Positions 24,451 to 38,070 of a stretch of 64,000 bases of DNA are shown one piece after another. Every line of letters begins with the position of its first letter. Within the stretch, counting starts at the first letter, position 1. The notes beneath the pieces are model-generated. The model was not told the origin of the DNA, did no database searches, and worked only from the letters and a program-made list of their open reading frames with translations. The stretch comes from Chiloscyllium plagiosum (lineage: Eukaryota): the NCBI RefSeq assembly GCF_004010195.1, contig NC_057735.1:11411577-11475576 (forward strand), read 5' to 3'. The position numbers and the translations under genes are program-made.

Positions 24451-25551
24451 GTTCGTCTCTTAAACATTTTTCTGTTGTTAAGATAACCAACCATATACTA
24501 TCTATGTCCATCTTAACAAAAGAACATATCAAAAAGTTTGATAATCAACATAATTGTAGGTTGATAGTTTTAAAATTAAATACATTTTCAAGAATTGGTT
24601 AGAATTCAGAATCAGTAAGATAGAAGTATAATTGTTTCTCTCTATGAATTTTCCTAAAAGACAAATGTAAACACAAACACTGACACAGCTCAGAAAAAGT
24701 CAATAATAGATTTCTCTGCAGAGATGGACTTTCTGAAAAAGAAATACTTTGGCCAATTCATTCTTCTTGAAGGCAAATGGAAAGCTGTTGCTAAACCTGT
24801 TGCTTTGATGTTCTGGTTTGTGTGGTGAACTAACTAATCATGCATAATTGTCTCTGAAGTCTTGCAAACAGATATTACATAGGAAATCCAATCTTGTAAT
24901 GTTCTTCTAACCCCTCTTTCAAAAGAACAAACAGCAGTTCACTGACACCTTCGCAAGGGCAACAAGAGATGGGCAATAAAAGCAGGCCAGCCTACAGTTG
25001 AAGAGAAAAAAGCTTTCCCCCTGCCCTGAAATAGAGGATTTTCTTTTCTGTACTGGGGATATACAGGCTTGTTATTTGATCTCCGCAGGCATCCTTCCTC
25101 CAACTCAAGTTTCTTCTAAGCAGGCCTTGGTACCTGAACCTGATTTACTTTAACTATCTTCAAACCAGTCACTACTCATCCCAGAATACAGCACAACATG
25201 CAATTAGCATTATATGTGATTGAAAGGAAAACTTCTTAAAAGAAATCTCCAAGTTCCATAATGAATTTTGATGAACATTTTTAAAGAAATTACTCCAGAT
25301 ATGTTCCCAAGGATAGAAATAAACCCATTTGGTTTTCAGCATGGAGAAATCCATGAATGCTTGTATCTTTGCTGTTCTTGACAACATTTGACTTTGTCCT
25401 GCTGCGTACCTGAAGTAAGTTACTTAAACCTTTGCATATTTACATCTTGGCGAAAACAATTGCCAAATCAACTGAATGTAGTTTCCTAAACAACTTGTTA
25501 TAAGTGGCCATTCCATGTATCACAGTAATCCTGTACACAGTTCAGAACACT

Positions 25552-25771
25552 AGGAGAAAGTGAGGACTGCAGATGATGGAGATCAGAGTCGAGAGTGTGG
25601 TGCTGGAAAAGCACAGCAGGTCAGACAGCATCCGAGGAGCAGGAGAATCAATGTTTCGGGCATGAGCCCTTCATCAGGTAGGGTTGATGAAGGGTTCATG
25701 CCTGAAACGTCAACTCACCTGCTCCTCAGATGCTGCCTGACCTACTGTGCTTTTCCAGCACCACACTCTCA
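25552..25771. mobile_element. Penelope-derived palindromic element (family 2) with two opposed hammerhead-like cores
   Basis: Inverted arms around 25680; duplication AGTTCAGAACA at 25539 and 25772. Confidence 0.8.
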
Positions 25772-26759
25772 AGTTCAGAACATGGTTATTACCTGGTTTG
25801 TCATTCTTGAGAGGAGGATTGTTTAGAGTGAACAACATCAATCAGCATTGAAAAAGGAAATCTGGTGTGATAAAAGCTGATGTCATTTTAACACTGGTTA
25901 TTTAACATACTTACCAGTACCGCTTTAACAAATCTGTTTTTATCAATTGTTAACCCTACCGATATAGTCTGCCAAATAAGGAATTGGGTTGAACTTTGCC
26001 TTTGTGATTGCTTTGACATTTTCTTTAATTAACATAAATCTGTTGAACCATCAGCTTTAAGTACTAACAGCACTGGGGGACTCCAAATTCTTTGACTGAA
26101 TTCAGGTGGGTTCTATATCAAGCATCATGTAAACAAATGTTTGAACAAGTAGTAATTGGCAGGTGGCAGACAATTGAGTGCTCAGGCTGTGTACAGATGC
26201 ACCTTTTGTTAGCAACAAGGAGCTGATTAGTCTATGGACTAGTGACCAGTTGCCAATAACAGATCTTTTTGATCTGCCAACACCTATCAGATTTCTTTTA
26301 AGGTAACTCAACAGCTTGAGGCTGTGATCAAGTTACAGAGAGAGACAGATGTGCTCAGTTTTTCCCCAGCTTGGGAGGGTCTCTCTGTTCTCTGCAGTCA
26401 AAACTTACTGTGTACCTGAGGAAAACCAATTCATCTTTTTGGCCGCAGTTGTTACACACTGTCATTTTTAGCTGATAGAGATATGTTAAAAACGAAATGA
26501 TTGTTTTGAGTCTCTTATCGACCAGTGGAAGTATCAGGAGAACTGAAGCAATATGCTGGCTGGCAGAAGAGTCATAAAACATCGCAACAGCAAAGTCCAG
26601 GACAAAGACTACAGAACTGTCTTTCTACCCTCTCCACCCTACCCCCTCTACCATGCCTATGCATCTGAATATTACCCTGCTTTCATATCAATTATAAAGC
26701 ATTTAAGCTCTTGTTTGATCATTATGGAGAATTACTGAGAATTAGGAAATAGGATACAT

Positions 26760-27090
26760 TGCCAACCCCAAGCCGACGCTTGGTTCCGCCTTCTGCCAGA
26801 CAGCCAAGCTTCTATCCATGCTAGTATCTAGCCTCTAACACCTTACTCAGCAGCCTCCTGTATGGTACATTATCAAAGGCTTTCTGGAAGTCCAGACAGA
26901 TAACAACCTTGGCTTAACCTGCTCATTACCTCCTCAAAGAATTCTAACAGATTTGCCAAGCATGAACTCCCCTTGGTGAAACCGTGCTGGTTTTGCCCTA
27001 CTCTGCCATGCACTTCCAAATATTCAGAAATCTCATCCATCACAATGGACTCCAAAACCTTACCATTGACTGAGACCAGGCTAATCGGCC
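26760..27090 (-). mobile_element. CR1 RT fragment
   Basis: RPISL.SV.GKVLE...QHGFTKG.SCL.NLLEFFEEV in ORF 26873..27226. Confidence 0.85.
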
Positions 27091-27599
27091 TCTGCATCGG
27101 ACCCCACTGCATCTGAATGTTTCTGTCCTGTCTGAATCCAGAGTTCCTCATTAGTGCTAACACAGTAATCCAAGCTTTTGTTTGAAGTGACAAAAGTTCT
27201 ACAATGCAGCACCTTAAACCACCCAAAGTGTTTCAGGCAAGGGAGGGCTGTGGTGCAATGGTGTTGCTCATGATTGCACCATCCAGAGACCCAGGCTCAA
27301 GTCACACAATGGTGGATTGAGGGATTTGAACTTTATAAATCTGGACCCTTTAGGGAAGGAAATCTGCTGGCTGACATGTGACTCCAGACTCATAGCAACG
27401 TGGTTGATGTACAACTGCCTTTGAAATTCAGAATGTGCTCAACTCAGGGATAATTACAGATGAGCAACATGGAGACCAGTGGCTGCTGCATCTTGCAAAA
27501 GAATTTATGAAATAATATTTCAAAATGTAAAATTTAGCACACTATCCATTGTGTGCACTGTATCCAATATCACACCTGATTCAAAAATATGCCCCATCA

Positions 27600-30500
27600 C
27601 TTTGTACAGAAGAGACACAAGGGTTAGTTAGGGATAGTCAGCACGGTTTTGTGGTGGGAAAACGTGTCTCTCAAATCTAATTGAGTTTTTTGTGGAAGTA
27701 AGCAAAACCATTCAGGTGATAGTAAAATTCCTACAGCCGAAGAACAAGTGAAGGGATGGCCTATAATCTGATTAATTGAGATGGAGAGATAATAACAAAA
27801 TAATAATAAGTTGGTGCTGGAGACAAACCGAATGACTGGAATAACATGCTAGGTATAAGAATCACATGCCAAGGGTCTCACCAAAGTAATAAGTAACATG
27901 TAGCGTTACATGTGACCCCAGCATATTGTTCTATAAAATCTTCCTTACTGTTCTGCTTTGACACAATCACCTTGGTAACTTGTTGTGATCTTTCTACCCT
28001 AATTAGCTTTTACAATTTTGGATTAATTGTTACTTTGGTGAAACCCTTAACATGTGACTCTTATACCTAGCACGTTGTTCCAGTCATTTGGTTTGTCTCC
28101 AGCACTACCTTATAACATAGAACATTACAGCGCAGTACATGCCCTTTGGCCCTCGATGTTGCGCCGACCTGTGAATCCAATCTGAAGCCCATCTAACCTA
28201 CTCTATTCCATTCTCTATCCAATGGACCGAAAGGTCTGTTTCTACTCTGTCCATCTCTATGACCCTAAATGCCCATAACATTAGCAAGTCGACAACTGTT
28301 ACAGATTTTTAAAATTTTTTGTAATTATCGCTCTGCATCAATCAATCAGATTATAGGTCATCCCTTCACTTGTGTCGGGTATTTATTTTTCCCAATAAAA
28401 GGAATAACCAGGCACAGGAACTCCACGATGAGTTCTCTGAGATTTTATTGCAGAGGTGCAGCAGTTACATAAATGGTTAACTACTGCAAAGATGTGACAG
28501 CTTCATAGATGGCATAGGGTAGCTGCTGCTGTTTAGATGTGAAAAGGCAGCTCTCTCCTGTCCAATCACAGCTCACATTTTATACCCCTGTGGTTTCTGT
28601 GCTTTAGGTGTAAATGTATTAGTTCTGTCTATAGCATTATTAATTTCTACAATAATGTAAATTTCTATAGCAATGTCCATTCCTTTAGCAAGTGAAACTG
28701 ACCTCTGCGGTTAACCCCTTTTGTTCACTTAAGCACTTTAGCCATTAACCAGAATTGTTCAATGAAGTGTTGCACATCACGCAAACCTAATACTGTGGTT
28801 ACCTTCTGCTGTTCGCCTAATTGCTTCATCCATTTTAAAGCTCCCATGCTCCTTCTATAATCAGTTTCCCAGTTAGCAATATGAAGCCACTGTTTTCACC
28901 CTGTGAGCAGCTGCTAAGAATCGTTATGTTTTAGCAATTCTAAACTGCTATTCTTAACCCTGTAAGTATCTGCTAAGAACCCATTCATGACTAATCAAGT
29001 CCCATTATGTTTTCCTGATCTGGTTAAGTCCAATTTAATCCTTTTTTGTTCCTGGGCTTCCACTGAATCCCACAAATTATTATTCAGCTGTTGACACTTT
29101 ACTCACACCAGCTGACACTCTTGATCACCTGCAGAGACCTATTATTCAGTTTGTCAAAACTCCACTCATACCATTTCTGTGATCTTTTGATCTCTTTGAT
29201 TATGAAGTTTGTGCCCGGGTGCTCTTTTCACTTCACCTGGCGAAGGGGCAGTGCTCTGAAAGCTTGTGATCTCAAATGAACCTGTTGGACTAGTACCTCA
29301 TGTCATGTGACTTTTGGCCTTGTCCACCTCAGTCCAACACTGGCACATCCACTTCAAAAAGATTCAGGGCAAGCAATAGACATTGTTCATATGGACTTTA
29401 GTAAAGCCCTTGACAGGGCTCCGCATGGTAGATAATTAGTGAAGTTAGATCACATGGGATTCAGGGTGAGCTTGCTAATTGGTTACAAAATTGGCTTTAT
29501 GGAACGAGACAGAGGGTGATTGTGGAGGGTTGTTTTTCAGACTGGAGAACTGAGATCAGTGGTGTTCCATGGGGATCGGTAGTGGGTCCACTTTTGTTTC
29601 TTATTTATATAAGTAATTTGGATGAGAGTATTTGAGGCATGGTTAGTAAGTTTGCAGATGACACCAAGATTGGTGGTGTAGTGAACAGTGAAGAAAGTTA
29701 TCTAAGATTTCAAAGAGATTTTGATTAATTGGGTCAATTGACTGAGGAGTGACAGATGGAATTTAATTTGGATAAATGCAAGGTATTGCATTTTGGTCAC
29801 AGAGTCATACAGTCACAGAGTCATAGGGTCATACAGTCATAGAGTCGTATAGTCACAGAGTCATACAGTCACAGAGTCATAGGGTCATACAGTCATAGAG
29901 TCGTACAGTCATAGAGTCATACAGTCATAGAGTTGTACAGTCATAGAAACGTACAGTCACAGAATCATACAGTCATAGAGTCATACAGTCATAGAGTCGT
30001 ACAGTCATAGAGTCATACAGTCATAGAGTCGTATAGTCATGGAGTCATACAGTCATAGAGTCATACAGTCATAGAGTCGTACAGCACGGAGACAGGCCCT
30101 TTGGCCCAAACTGGTCCATGCCGGCCAAAATTCCCTTTTACGCTAACCCCATTTCTCTGCACTTGGCCCATATCCTTCTAATCCTTTCTTATCCATGTAT
30201 TTATCCAAATGCCTTTTAAATGTTGTTAATGCACCTGCCTCAACCACTTCAGCTGGTAGCTCATTCCATATGTGTCCCACCCTCTGTGTAAAAAAGTTTC
30301 CCCTCAGGTTCTCTTTTATCCTTTCCTCTCTAACCTTACATAAATGCCCTCTAACCTTGATTTCCCAAGGTTAGAAGAAAAAACTCCTAGCTTGCCCAGC
30401 CTCTCCCGATGACACAGACCCTTTGAGTGCTGGCAACATCCTCATAAATATCTTCTGAACTCTTTCCAGTTTAATAACATCCTTCCTATAGCAAGGTGAC

Positions 30501-31335
30501 CAAAATTGAACACAATACTCCAAGTGTGGCCTCACCAACGTCCTATACAACTGCAACATAATTTCCGAACTTTTATAGAGTTCCTGATGAAGGACTTTTA
30601 CCCGAAACATTGATTCTCCTGCTCCTTGGACGATCCCTGATCTGCTGTGCTTTTCCAGCACCACATTCTCAAGTTCCCAACTTATATAGTCAATACCTTG
30701 AATAATGAAGGACAGTGTGCCAAAAGCCTTCTTCACTGTCATTTTCAGAGAACTGTATACCTGAAATCCAAGGTCCCTCTGTTCCACTACACTTCTTAAG
30801 ATCCTACAATTCACCATGAAATTCCTACCTTGGTTTGGCATTCCAAAATGCAAGATCTCACACTTATCTATATTAAACTCCATTTGCCATTTCTCAACGC
30901 ACATCCCCAGCTGATCAAGATCCTGCTACAATTTCTGATAACCTTCCTCACTGTCCATGATACTGCCTATTTCAGTGTCATCTGCAAGCTTACTACTCAT
31001 GCCTTGTACATTCTCATCCAAATCATTGATACAGATAAAAAAACAGCAATGGGCCTAGCACTGAAGCCTGAGGCACTCTAGTCCAACACGCATACTTCCA
31101 CTATTACCCTCTGCTTCCTACCATCAATCCAATTATATATTAATTGGTAAAACAAACAAGGACAGGACTTACACAATTAATGGTAGAGCCTGTGGTAATG
31201 TTATGGAACAGAGAGACCTAGGGGTTCAGGTATATAATTCTTTGAAAGTTGCATCACAGATAGGCAGGGTGTTTAAGAAGACATTTAGCACAATTACCTT
31301 CATTGCTCTAACCTTTCAATACAAGAGTTGGGACA
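27600..31335. mobile_element. Nested TE cluster in intron 1 of copy B: plus-strand CR1 RT split by a Penelope-type insertion (27712-29355) and a minus-strand CR1 3' end (29797-31140)
   Basis: CR1 motifs (MDFSKA.D, KFADDTKIG, LVRPHLEYCVQFWSP); host intron resumes at ~31335. Confidence 0.8.
29797..30085. repeat. Expanded 8-bp microsatellite (AGTCATAG/AGTCATAC)n forming a CR1 3' tail, ~36 units
   Basis: Direct inspection; contiguous with the minus-strand CR1 3' end. Confidence 0.9.
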
Positions 31336-31887
31336 CCCGAAAGCCATGAAAAAACCAGGGCCTGGGTTTTTAATTCCCACTTTGAGCAAGTGCACATTGG
31401 GGGCGTCAAACAGAAAGTGTGTGTGGCCAGGAGGTTCCATTTCCCAGGCCAATCCCAACACCCACAACTTTATCTGCACTTACAAATGGGCAGACGAAGA
31501 AAACCAGTGAGAAGGAAGGGAGGAATTCCCCTCCACTGAGCTTCATTCATCTTCCCAACATCAAAGATCAGTGTAAATGGAAAATATTAGTCAATCGTAT
31601 GGTCAAGAGTCTCTCTATGAAGTACTGGAAAATCTGGCCCCAGAGGTAGTCACAGGCTGACCTTTCAGGATTATTAGAGCAAAAACTCAATGTACACTTT
31701 AATGTGTGTGACAGAATCAGTGAATGTGACTCAATACAAGGAACTCAGTGTTGAAAATCAAGTTTGAGATTGCAAATTACAAGTTGAGGTTGCTATAATA
31801 ATGAAAGAGGAGTTCTTATTTGATTAAATATTATGTTTTCTGGCATTCACATAGATATCAATAATCATTCATTTTTATATCTCAATG

Positions 31888-32190
31888 ATTCACATAAATT
31901 AGCTGGACCCATGGAGGTTCATGTAGAAGTAGGAGGATCAGTCACTGTCAAGTGTCACCGCCGTCAGAGGAACCATGTGAAAACATGATATTAAGGTAAT
32001 TGATACATTTCATGTTCTGTTATTGTTTCTACTGATGATCCACAAAAAAGAAGAGTATCATTGATGATAACAGAACACACGGGATATTTTCAGTAACCAT
32101 AGACAACCTGATGAGGAACGATACTGGTGTGTCATAGATACACCACTTGCCATCAGCTATGGTGTTTCTGTTGACTTAAGGTTTTTGAAG
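31888..32190 (+). pseudogene. Degenerate IgV exon of copy B
   Basis: LAGPMEVHVEVGGSVTVKC...CSVIVSTDDPQK...GIFSVTIDNL...YWC remnants with stops and frameshifts; acceptor AG lost; donor GAAG|GTAAGT retained. Confidence 0.9.
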
Positions 32191-33345
32191 GTAAGTTGAT
32201 CATTCACTACTTTCATTATTTTGCCCAAAATTAAACATTGGAAATCAGAGACGCACCTAACTCTGCCCTGACAGTGATCCTGTGATTAATCCTGAGCTCC
32301 TCACAGGGGTGGTCACTCATTTACTAAAGTGCCAAAACTGGGGAATACTGGATTTCCAGTGTGAGATTCTTCCTCTCCATTAGAAAGGAAAGAAGGGAAA
32401 CAGATTAGGAAAACCTGTCCCAATTGGCAAGTCTAAGCTGGCAGCTGTTCTGTTCCTGACCAAAATGTTCTCACTTCAAGTGTTGAGCAGCTGCCAGGGC
32501 TAAAGCAGGATCAAACCCCATAGCAATCAGCTGGAGACCTCTCCACAGGAATGGGCACCAGGGCACCATCACACTTTGTTCACCACACCCTACCAAACCC
32601 CCAATGGCTCACCAGCCTTCACCCCCCGTTTCTCCTGGATACCCATGGTGCCAGAGTGGAGTCCCGCTCAATCATTACCCTTGTGACAGCTCTGCACACA
32701 GCAGGACAGTGGGTGGCATTTTGCCAATGAAGGCTATTAGGGTGTCTGTCTAATTGAGAAGGATGGGACCATGGAGAGAGATGGCCATTCATGAAGCTGC
32801 AAGGATGGTTGGAATATACGATCTGAGTCAGAAGCAGCCCCAATAGCAAGGTCAACTGTTGGTGCCCAGATGCCTCCCTATATCTCAGAGCAACTGAAAT
32901 GGAGTCCACAAGAAGGCGCTGGTGTTTATCTCCGTGGGTTCCCAACACAACGGTTCACCCACCTGAGTCATTTCATTTGATATGGATAGTGAAGTCCCAG
33001 ACCTGGTCACGTTGTTGGTTAAAATATCTACTGGCTACTCAGGAACCTCCAACTGGTAAAATCCTACAGCAATGGGAAATAATTGGTCTTCCTTCCTGTC
33101 AGCTTGCCTGTGATTTTCCAAACTCTCCACCTCCCAGCCCAAATTCAGAAGACTCATAAAATCAAACTCATTGTTACCATGCCAATGCTGTGGAGTCACT
33201 GTCTGATCTATTTATATTATTAATGTCATTTATTTTCAGTTGAGGTTTTGGTTTTAATTTGACTGCTGGACAGTTCTGTGAAGCTTTTCCATGAAGCTAT
33301 TTTCGACCAATGCTCCGGATAAGGGAAGGATTCAGTGAAACTCGA

Positions 33346-35370
33346 TTAAAAATCACCCAACACCAGGTTATAGTCCAACAGGTTTACTTGGAAGTACTAG
33401 CTTTCAAAGCGCTGCTTCTTCCTCAGGTGATTGTGGAGAATAAGATCATATAACACAGAATTTATAGCCAAATGAGGACAGTGTCATGGAGATGTGATGA
33501 TATGCTAACCAATTTTAGATCAAGTCTTTCATCTTTTAGAAGGGGATATGTTGGTTTCTGTTCTTTGACATGTAATTCCCAGAACTTCTTTTAAATGATG
33601 CCTGATGAATGTCGGATTCATCAGCTGCACCCACAAGGTGGAGCAAAACATCACCCAATCACAACGCCATGCCATCCAGGCTCTCAAACCAATTGCAACA
33701 TTGCCATCAAACCAGCAGATAAAGGAGGAGCCATCCTCATTCAGAATAGAACAGATTACTGCATGGAAGCGTGCCGACAACTGAACAACCAGGAACACTA
33801 CAGGCAACTATCAACTGATCTGACCAAAAACCACACCCATGAAATAGAAACATTGATCAGGACTTTGGATCCAGTCCTTCAGAATTCCCTACGCGCCCTC
33901 ATCCCACGTACTTATTGCGTCGGCAACTTCTACTGCCTTCCAAACATATACAAAGCCAACACACAAGGACGTCGCCTCGTATCAGGCAATGGGGCCCTGT
34001 ATGAGAATCTCTCTGGCTATGTTGAAGGTATCTTGAAACCCACTGTACAGGAGACCCCCAGCTTCTGTCATGATGCTACAAATTTCTTACAGAAGCTCAG
34101 CGCCCACAGACCAGCAGAATCGCAAACATTCCTCGTCACAATGGAGGAATTCTTTGTCACGTATCAGCACTCTACGCCAGCATTCCCCACAATGGTGGCA
34201 TCACTGCAACAACCTCATGCTCACTACCAACAACCATCTCTGAGCACTGTGCTACAACTCATCTGCTTCATCTTCGACCACAACATTTTCACCTTTGACA
34301 ACCAGTTCTTCATCCAGACTCATGGAACAGCCATGGGGATCAAATTTGCACCACAATATGCCAACATTTTTATGCACAGGTTCGAACAAGATTTCTTTTC
34401 TGCACAGGACCTCCAACCAATACCATACACCAGATATATTGACAACATTTTCTTCCTCTGGACCCATGGCGAGGAGTCACTGAAACAACAACAGTGTTAT
34501 GACAGGGGTAAACCCTGCTGCTTAATTTAAAAACAGCAACACAGAAAAGGTTTGTCCCGCGCAGTATTCTATAAAAATTCGAGAGGCCAAGAACTATTTA
34601 AAATAAAAAATAGCAATTTAATTTCTTAAATTATAATAGAGAATAATTACCTAACAACTACTTACAATTCTTTCCTCTAACCTATCTTTTTCCTGCCCTT
34701 CTATAATACTAGTCTGATAAAACTCCCAATTATGAGTTACAGAAAAATTCAAGTTTTAAAACCAGCCAGCGGTTGAATCTTCTACCTTATCTTTGTCGGT
34801 AGATTGGCTCTCCAGGTCAGTGTTGAGGTTTTTTCTCTGTACAAACTCCTTCTCTAGACAGGTACCTCTCAGAGAGTTCTGACTAGCAGTCTACAGTTGT
34901 TGGTCTGGTGGCAGTTCTCCTCCCAACTGTTCCATTATACCCCAAAGCATTGGAGTGGCATTAGTTTTTAAGATTGTCAATATTCAAACTTGATTCGAAT
35001 TTGGTATTTTTCAGGGTATAATTTAAACTGATTGGCATAATTCAAATCTGTTTTGTCGTTTCCAGGCAACTAGCTACCCCACATGTTACATTGTGCTATA
35101 TTGAGAACAGTTGGTGCTGTCACTGCGAGCTTTTAATCTCTTAAAGGTATAGTACACCTACATCTTCATAACAACAGTGATATCACTGAGTTTCATCCCA
35201 CCATCAGACTTATCATGGACTACTCTTTAGTATCTGTCTCATTCTTGGACACAAGCATCTCCATCAAAAATGGGCACCTCAGCACCTCACTCTACCGCAA
35301 ACTCATGGAGAATCTCATGATGCTACACTTCTCCAACTTCCACCCAAGTCATATTAAAACAGCCATCCTT
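33346..35370 (+). mobile_element. Penelope-like element RT fragment with inverted family-1 pLTR at its left end, interrupted by a solo LTR
   Basis: ORF 33595..34530: IKPADKGGA, FYCLPNIYK, GTAMG..FAPQYANIFM, RYIDNIFFLW; continues at 35178 (FHPTIRL...FLDTSI...LYRK). Confidence 0.9.
34495..35173. mobile_element. Solo LTR (679 bp), probably Gypsy class
   Basis: Termini TGTTATGA...TCATAACA, 4-bp duplication ACAG; cleanly splits the Penelope RT frame. Confidence 0.8.
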
Positions 35371-35675
35371 GAAGAGATGATGCAAAGTTGAGTGTTTTTG
35401 AACTCAGGTGTCTAATAGTTCCAGGAAGAAGCTATCTACACTTCCAGTCTAACAGTTAAAATCACTGGTGACATAATTGCATTGAGGTATGAGAGACAGG
35501 GACTCCAATAGGAGACCTGTACATGTGGTGTTTTGATGACTGTATAAGATGTGATTTGAGACTGTACAAAGGCTGTTGTTTCTGTTCTCAATTTCGAAAG
35601 GAATGTTTTGAGATTCAAGGGGTTATACTTTTATTGCACACTTTAACATCTTTAACAACTACCACACTTATACAA

Positions 35676-35961
35676 AAGTGGTTAGTAGTTCGCACTGCTG
35701 CCTCACAGCACCAGGGTCCTAGGTTCGATTCCCACCTTGGGTGACTGTTTGTGTGGAGTTTGCATATTCTCTCCATGTCTGCGTGAAGTTCCTCCCACAA
35801 TCCAAAGATGTGCAGGTTAAGTGAATTGCCATGCTAAATTGCCCATAGTGTTAGGTGCATTAGTCAGGAGTGAATATAGGACAGGGGAATGCATCTGGGT
35901 GGGTTATTATTCAAAGGATTGTTGGCCAAAGGGCCTGTTTCCATACTTTAGGGAATCTAAC
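35676..35961 (+). mobile_element. HE1-like V-SINE
   Basis: Family consensus; absent at the homologous site in copy C. Confidence 0.85.
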
Positions 35962-36260
35962 CTTTGAGTTTGTACTATAAGCCAACAGTTTGGTTTATTC
36001 TATTTCATCCTCATTTACTTTGTTAATAAAACTCTATAGTTTAAACAAAACCTGCAGCATTATTTATATGTCTTTCAGTGAATGATCACGTCATTAAAAT
36101 CAGAACAAAACAAAATATGATCTATGAAGCCAGGTTTCAGTCTGGGATCTGACTTGTCCTGTAATAACATGAACTGGGATCATGGCACAGCCCCATTACC
36201 AGTCGATCGCTTTGTGATCACATCTTCAACTCACCCACACAGGACGGGCTAAAACCAGAG

Positions 36261-36366
36261 CTACATGGGGCTCGACAATGGGACCAACCAGCAGCACAGC
36301 AGGAACTACTCAGCCTCCTGTTACAATGGCTCTCACCATGTCTTCCTCCACCATCAGCTCACCCAG
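36261..36366 (+). pseudogene. Stalk exon of copy B, native acceptor deleted
   Basis: Nearly identical to 24348-24450; about 290 bp upstream, including the acceptor, is missing relative to the 24 kb copy. Confidence 0.8.
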
Positions 36367-37654
36367 GTGCGTCTCTTAAACTTTGAAATCTTTGCAATAC
36401 ATCTTTACCATACGATGAACACACCCTTGTTAAAATACTGAGGGAGAGGCCAATACAATCTGCAGTAAAGCTCAGGCCATTAGGCACTAGGGAAAAAAGT
36501 AGGGCTGGAAAATCAAAAACACAGATAACCCAGTGGTTAGTGATTGAGCTGGACAAGAGAAGGGTTGCAGGCAGGGTCTGTCCATGGCTGTAAATATTTG
36601 AGACAAACTCATCATTGTTCTGACAGACTGACTGCCTCAATGCAGAACTCCAGTCAGGGCAAAGAGTGAAAACTTCCAGACCTAGAGGAGGTGAGAGGGT
36701 TTAAATTGATTGGGCGAGGGTAAACAGTTCAGATTCTCACTGGCACAGTAAAGAGTTGTGAGGAACTTGTCTAACCCCAAAAGACGAAGCAAATTTCCAA
36801 ACTACAGACATCAGAAAGTCTAATGTTATCTATTAGTACCTCTGTATAAGCACAGCTCATGAAAAGTAAGTGGTCCTTTCCAATTAATTGTATTTACCAT
36901 TCGAAAGGTCTCAAGAGGTGGGATGGTAGTGTTCACACCTCTGAGTCACAAGACCAGGTTGAATAGGAAAATATCTATTTGTCAACAGAAAAAGTGTCCC
37001 AGGCTCTTAGTATGCAGCTCATTTGATAAGGGTTCGTGTGGGACACTGATAGCATAGCGAAGAGCACATGGAATCCAAGAAAATTCAGCAAATTGAATCC
37101 ACAATTACTGAGTGGGAGAGATTCTTTTTCTGACTGGAAGTCTGTTACTGTGAAGTTTAACAGAGGTCAGTGTTGCTGCATTTACTCTTTGTGGTTTATG
37201 TAAGTTATACCAATTTGTATGTAGGAGGGTTGATCAGTACGTTTATCAGGTAACAAAAAAATTGGTGAGGTGGTAAATGAGGAGTATGATAGCTTTTGAC
37301 TAAACCAAGATATTGACAAACTGAGTAGATTGGCTGATTAACGGCAAATCGATAAATGTGAGGTGATGCCCTTGGGCAGGACACATTGAGGCAAGAGAAT
37401 ACATCATGAACAGTAAGACCCTGGGAAGCACAGAGTCAGTTTTGATAGAGATGAGAAGTAATAAAAATAAGAGGCCATTTGTGGGGATAGTTTATATGCC
37501 CCTAACTGTAATCACGCTGCAGGTTAGTGTATACAGAATAAACATAATGGGTGCTGGTGAAAGCGATATGACAATAATTGTGGTGATTATTTGACTTCAA
37601 TATAAATGACTTGGCTGAAAGGACTGAATATATACTTGCTAAATTTACTTATGG

Positions 37655-38070
37655 TTAGATTCCCTACAGTGCAGAAACCATCCTTCGGCCCAACAAGTCC
37701 ACACCGACCCTCCGAAGAGTAACCCACCCAGACCCATTCCCCTACTCCCGACTAATGCACCTATCACTATAGCAATTTAGCATGGCCAATTCACCTAAGT
37801 TGCACATCACTGGACTGTGGGAGGAAACCAGAGCTTCAGGAGGAAACCCACGCAGACACAGGGAGAATGTGCAAACTCCATGCAGACACAGTCCCTGGTG
37901 CTGTGAGGCAGCTGTGCTAACCACTGAGCCACTGCGTCCAAAGATGTGATTAGTCTTTAGAGGTGCATTAGTCAGACAGAAATGGGTCTGAGTGGGTTAC
38001 TCTTCAGAGGGTCGGCGTGGTCTTGTTGGGCCGAAGGGCCTGTTTTCACATTGTAGGGAATCTAACCTAA
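37655..38070. mobile_element. HE1-like SINE (minus) abutting an inverted SINE 3' half (plus)
   Basis: 37655-37936 is an antisense copy; 37937-38070 is a sense tail. Confidence 0.8.

Noticed and set aside
33595-34530. 311-aa RT ORF as a functional or domesticated gene, or telomerase
   Set aside because: Penelope RT fragment with degenerate motifs (YIDN instead of YIDD, disrupted motif A), 5' truncated and split by an LTR
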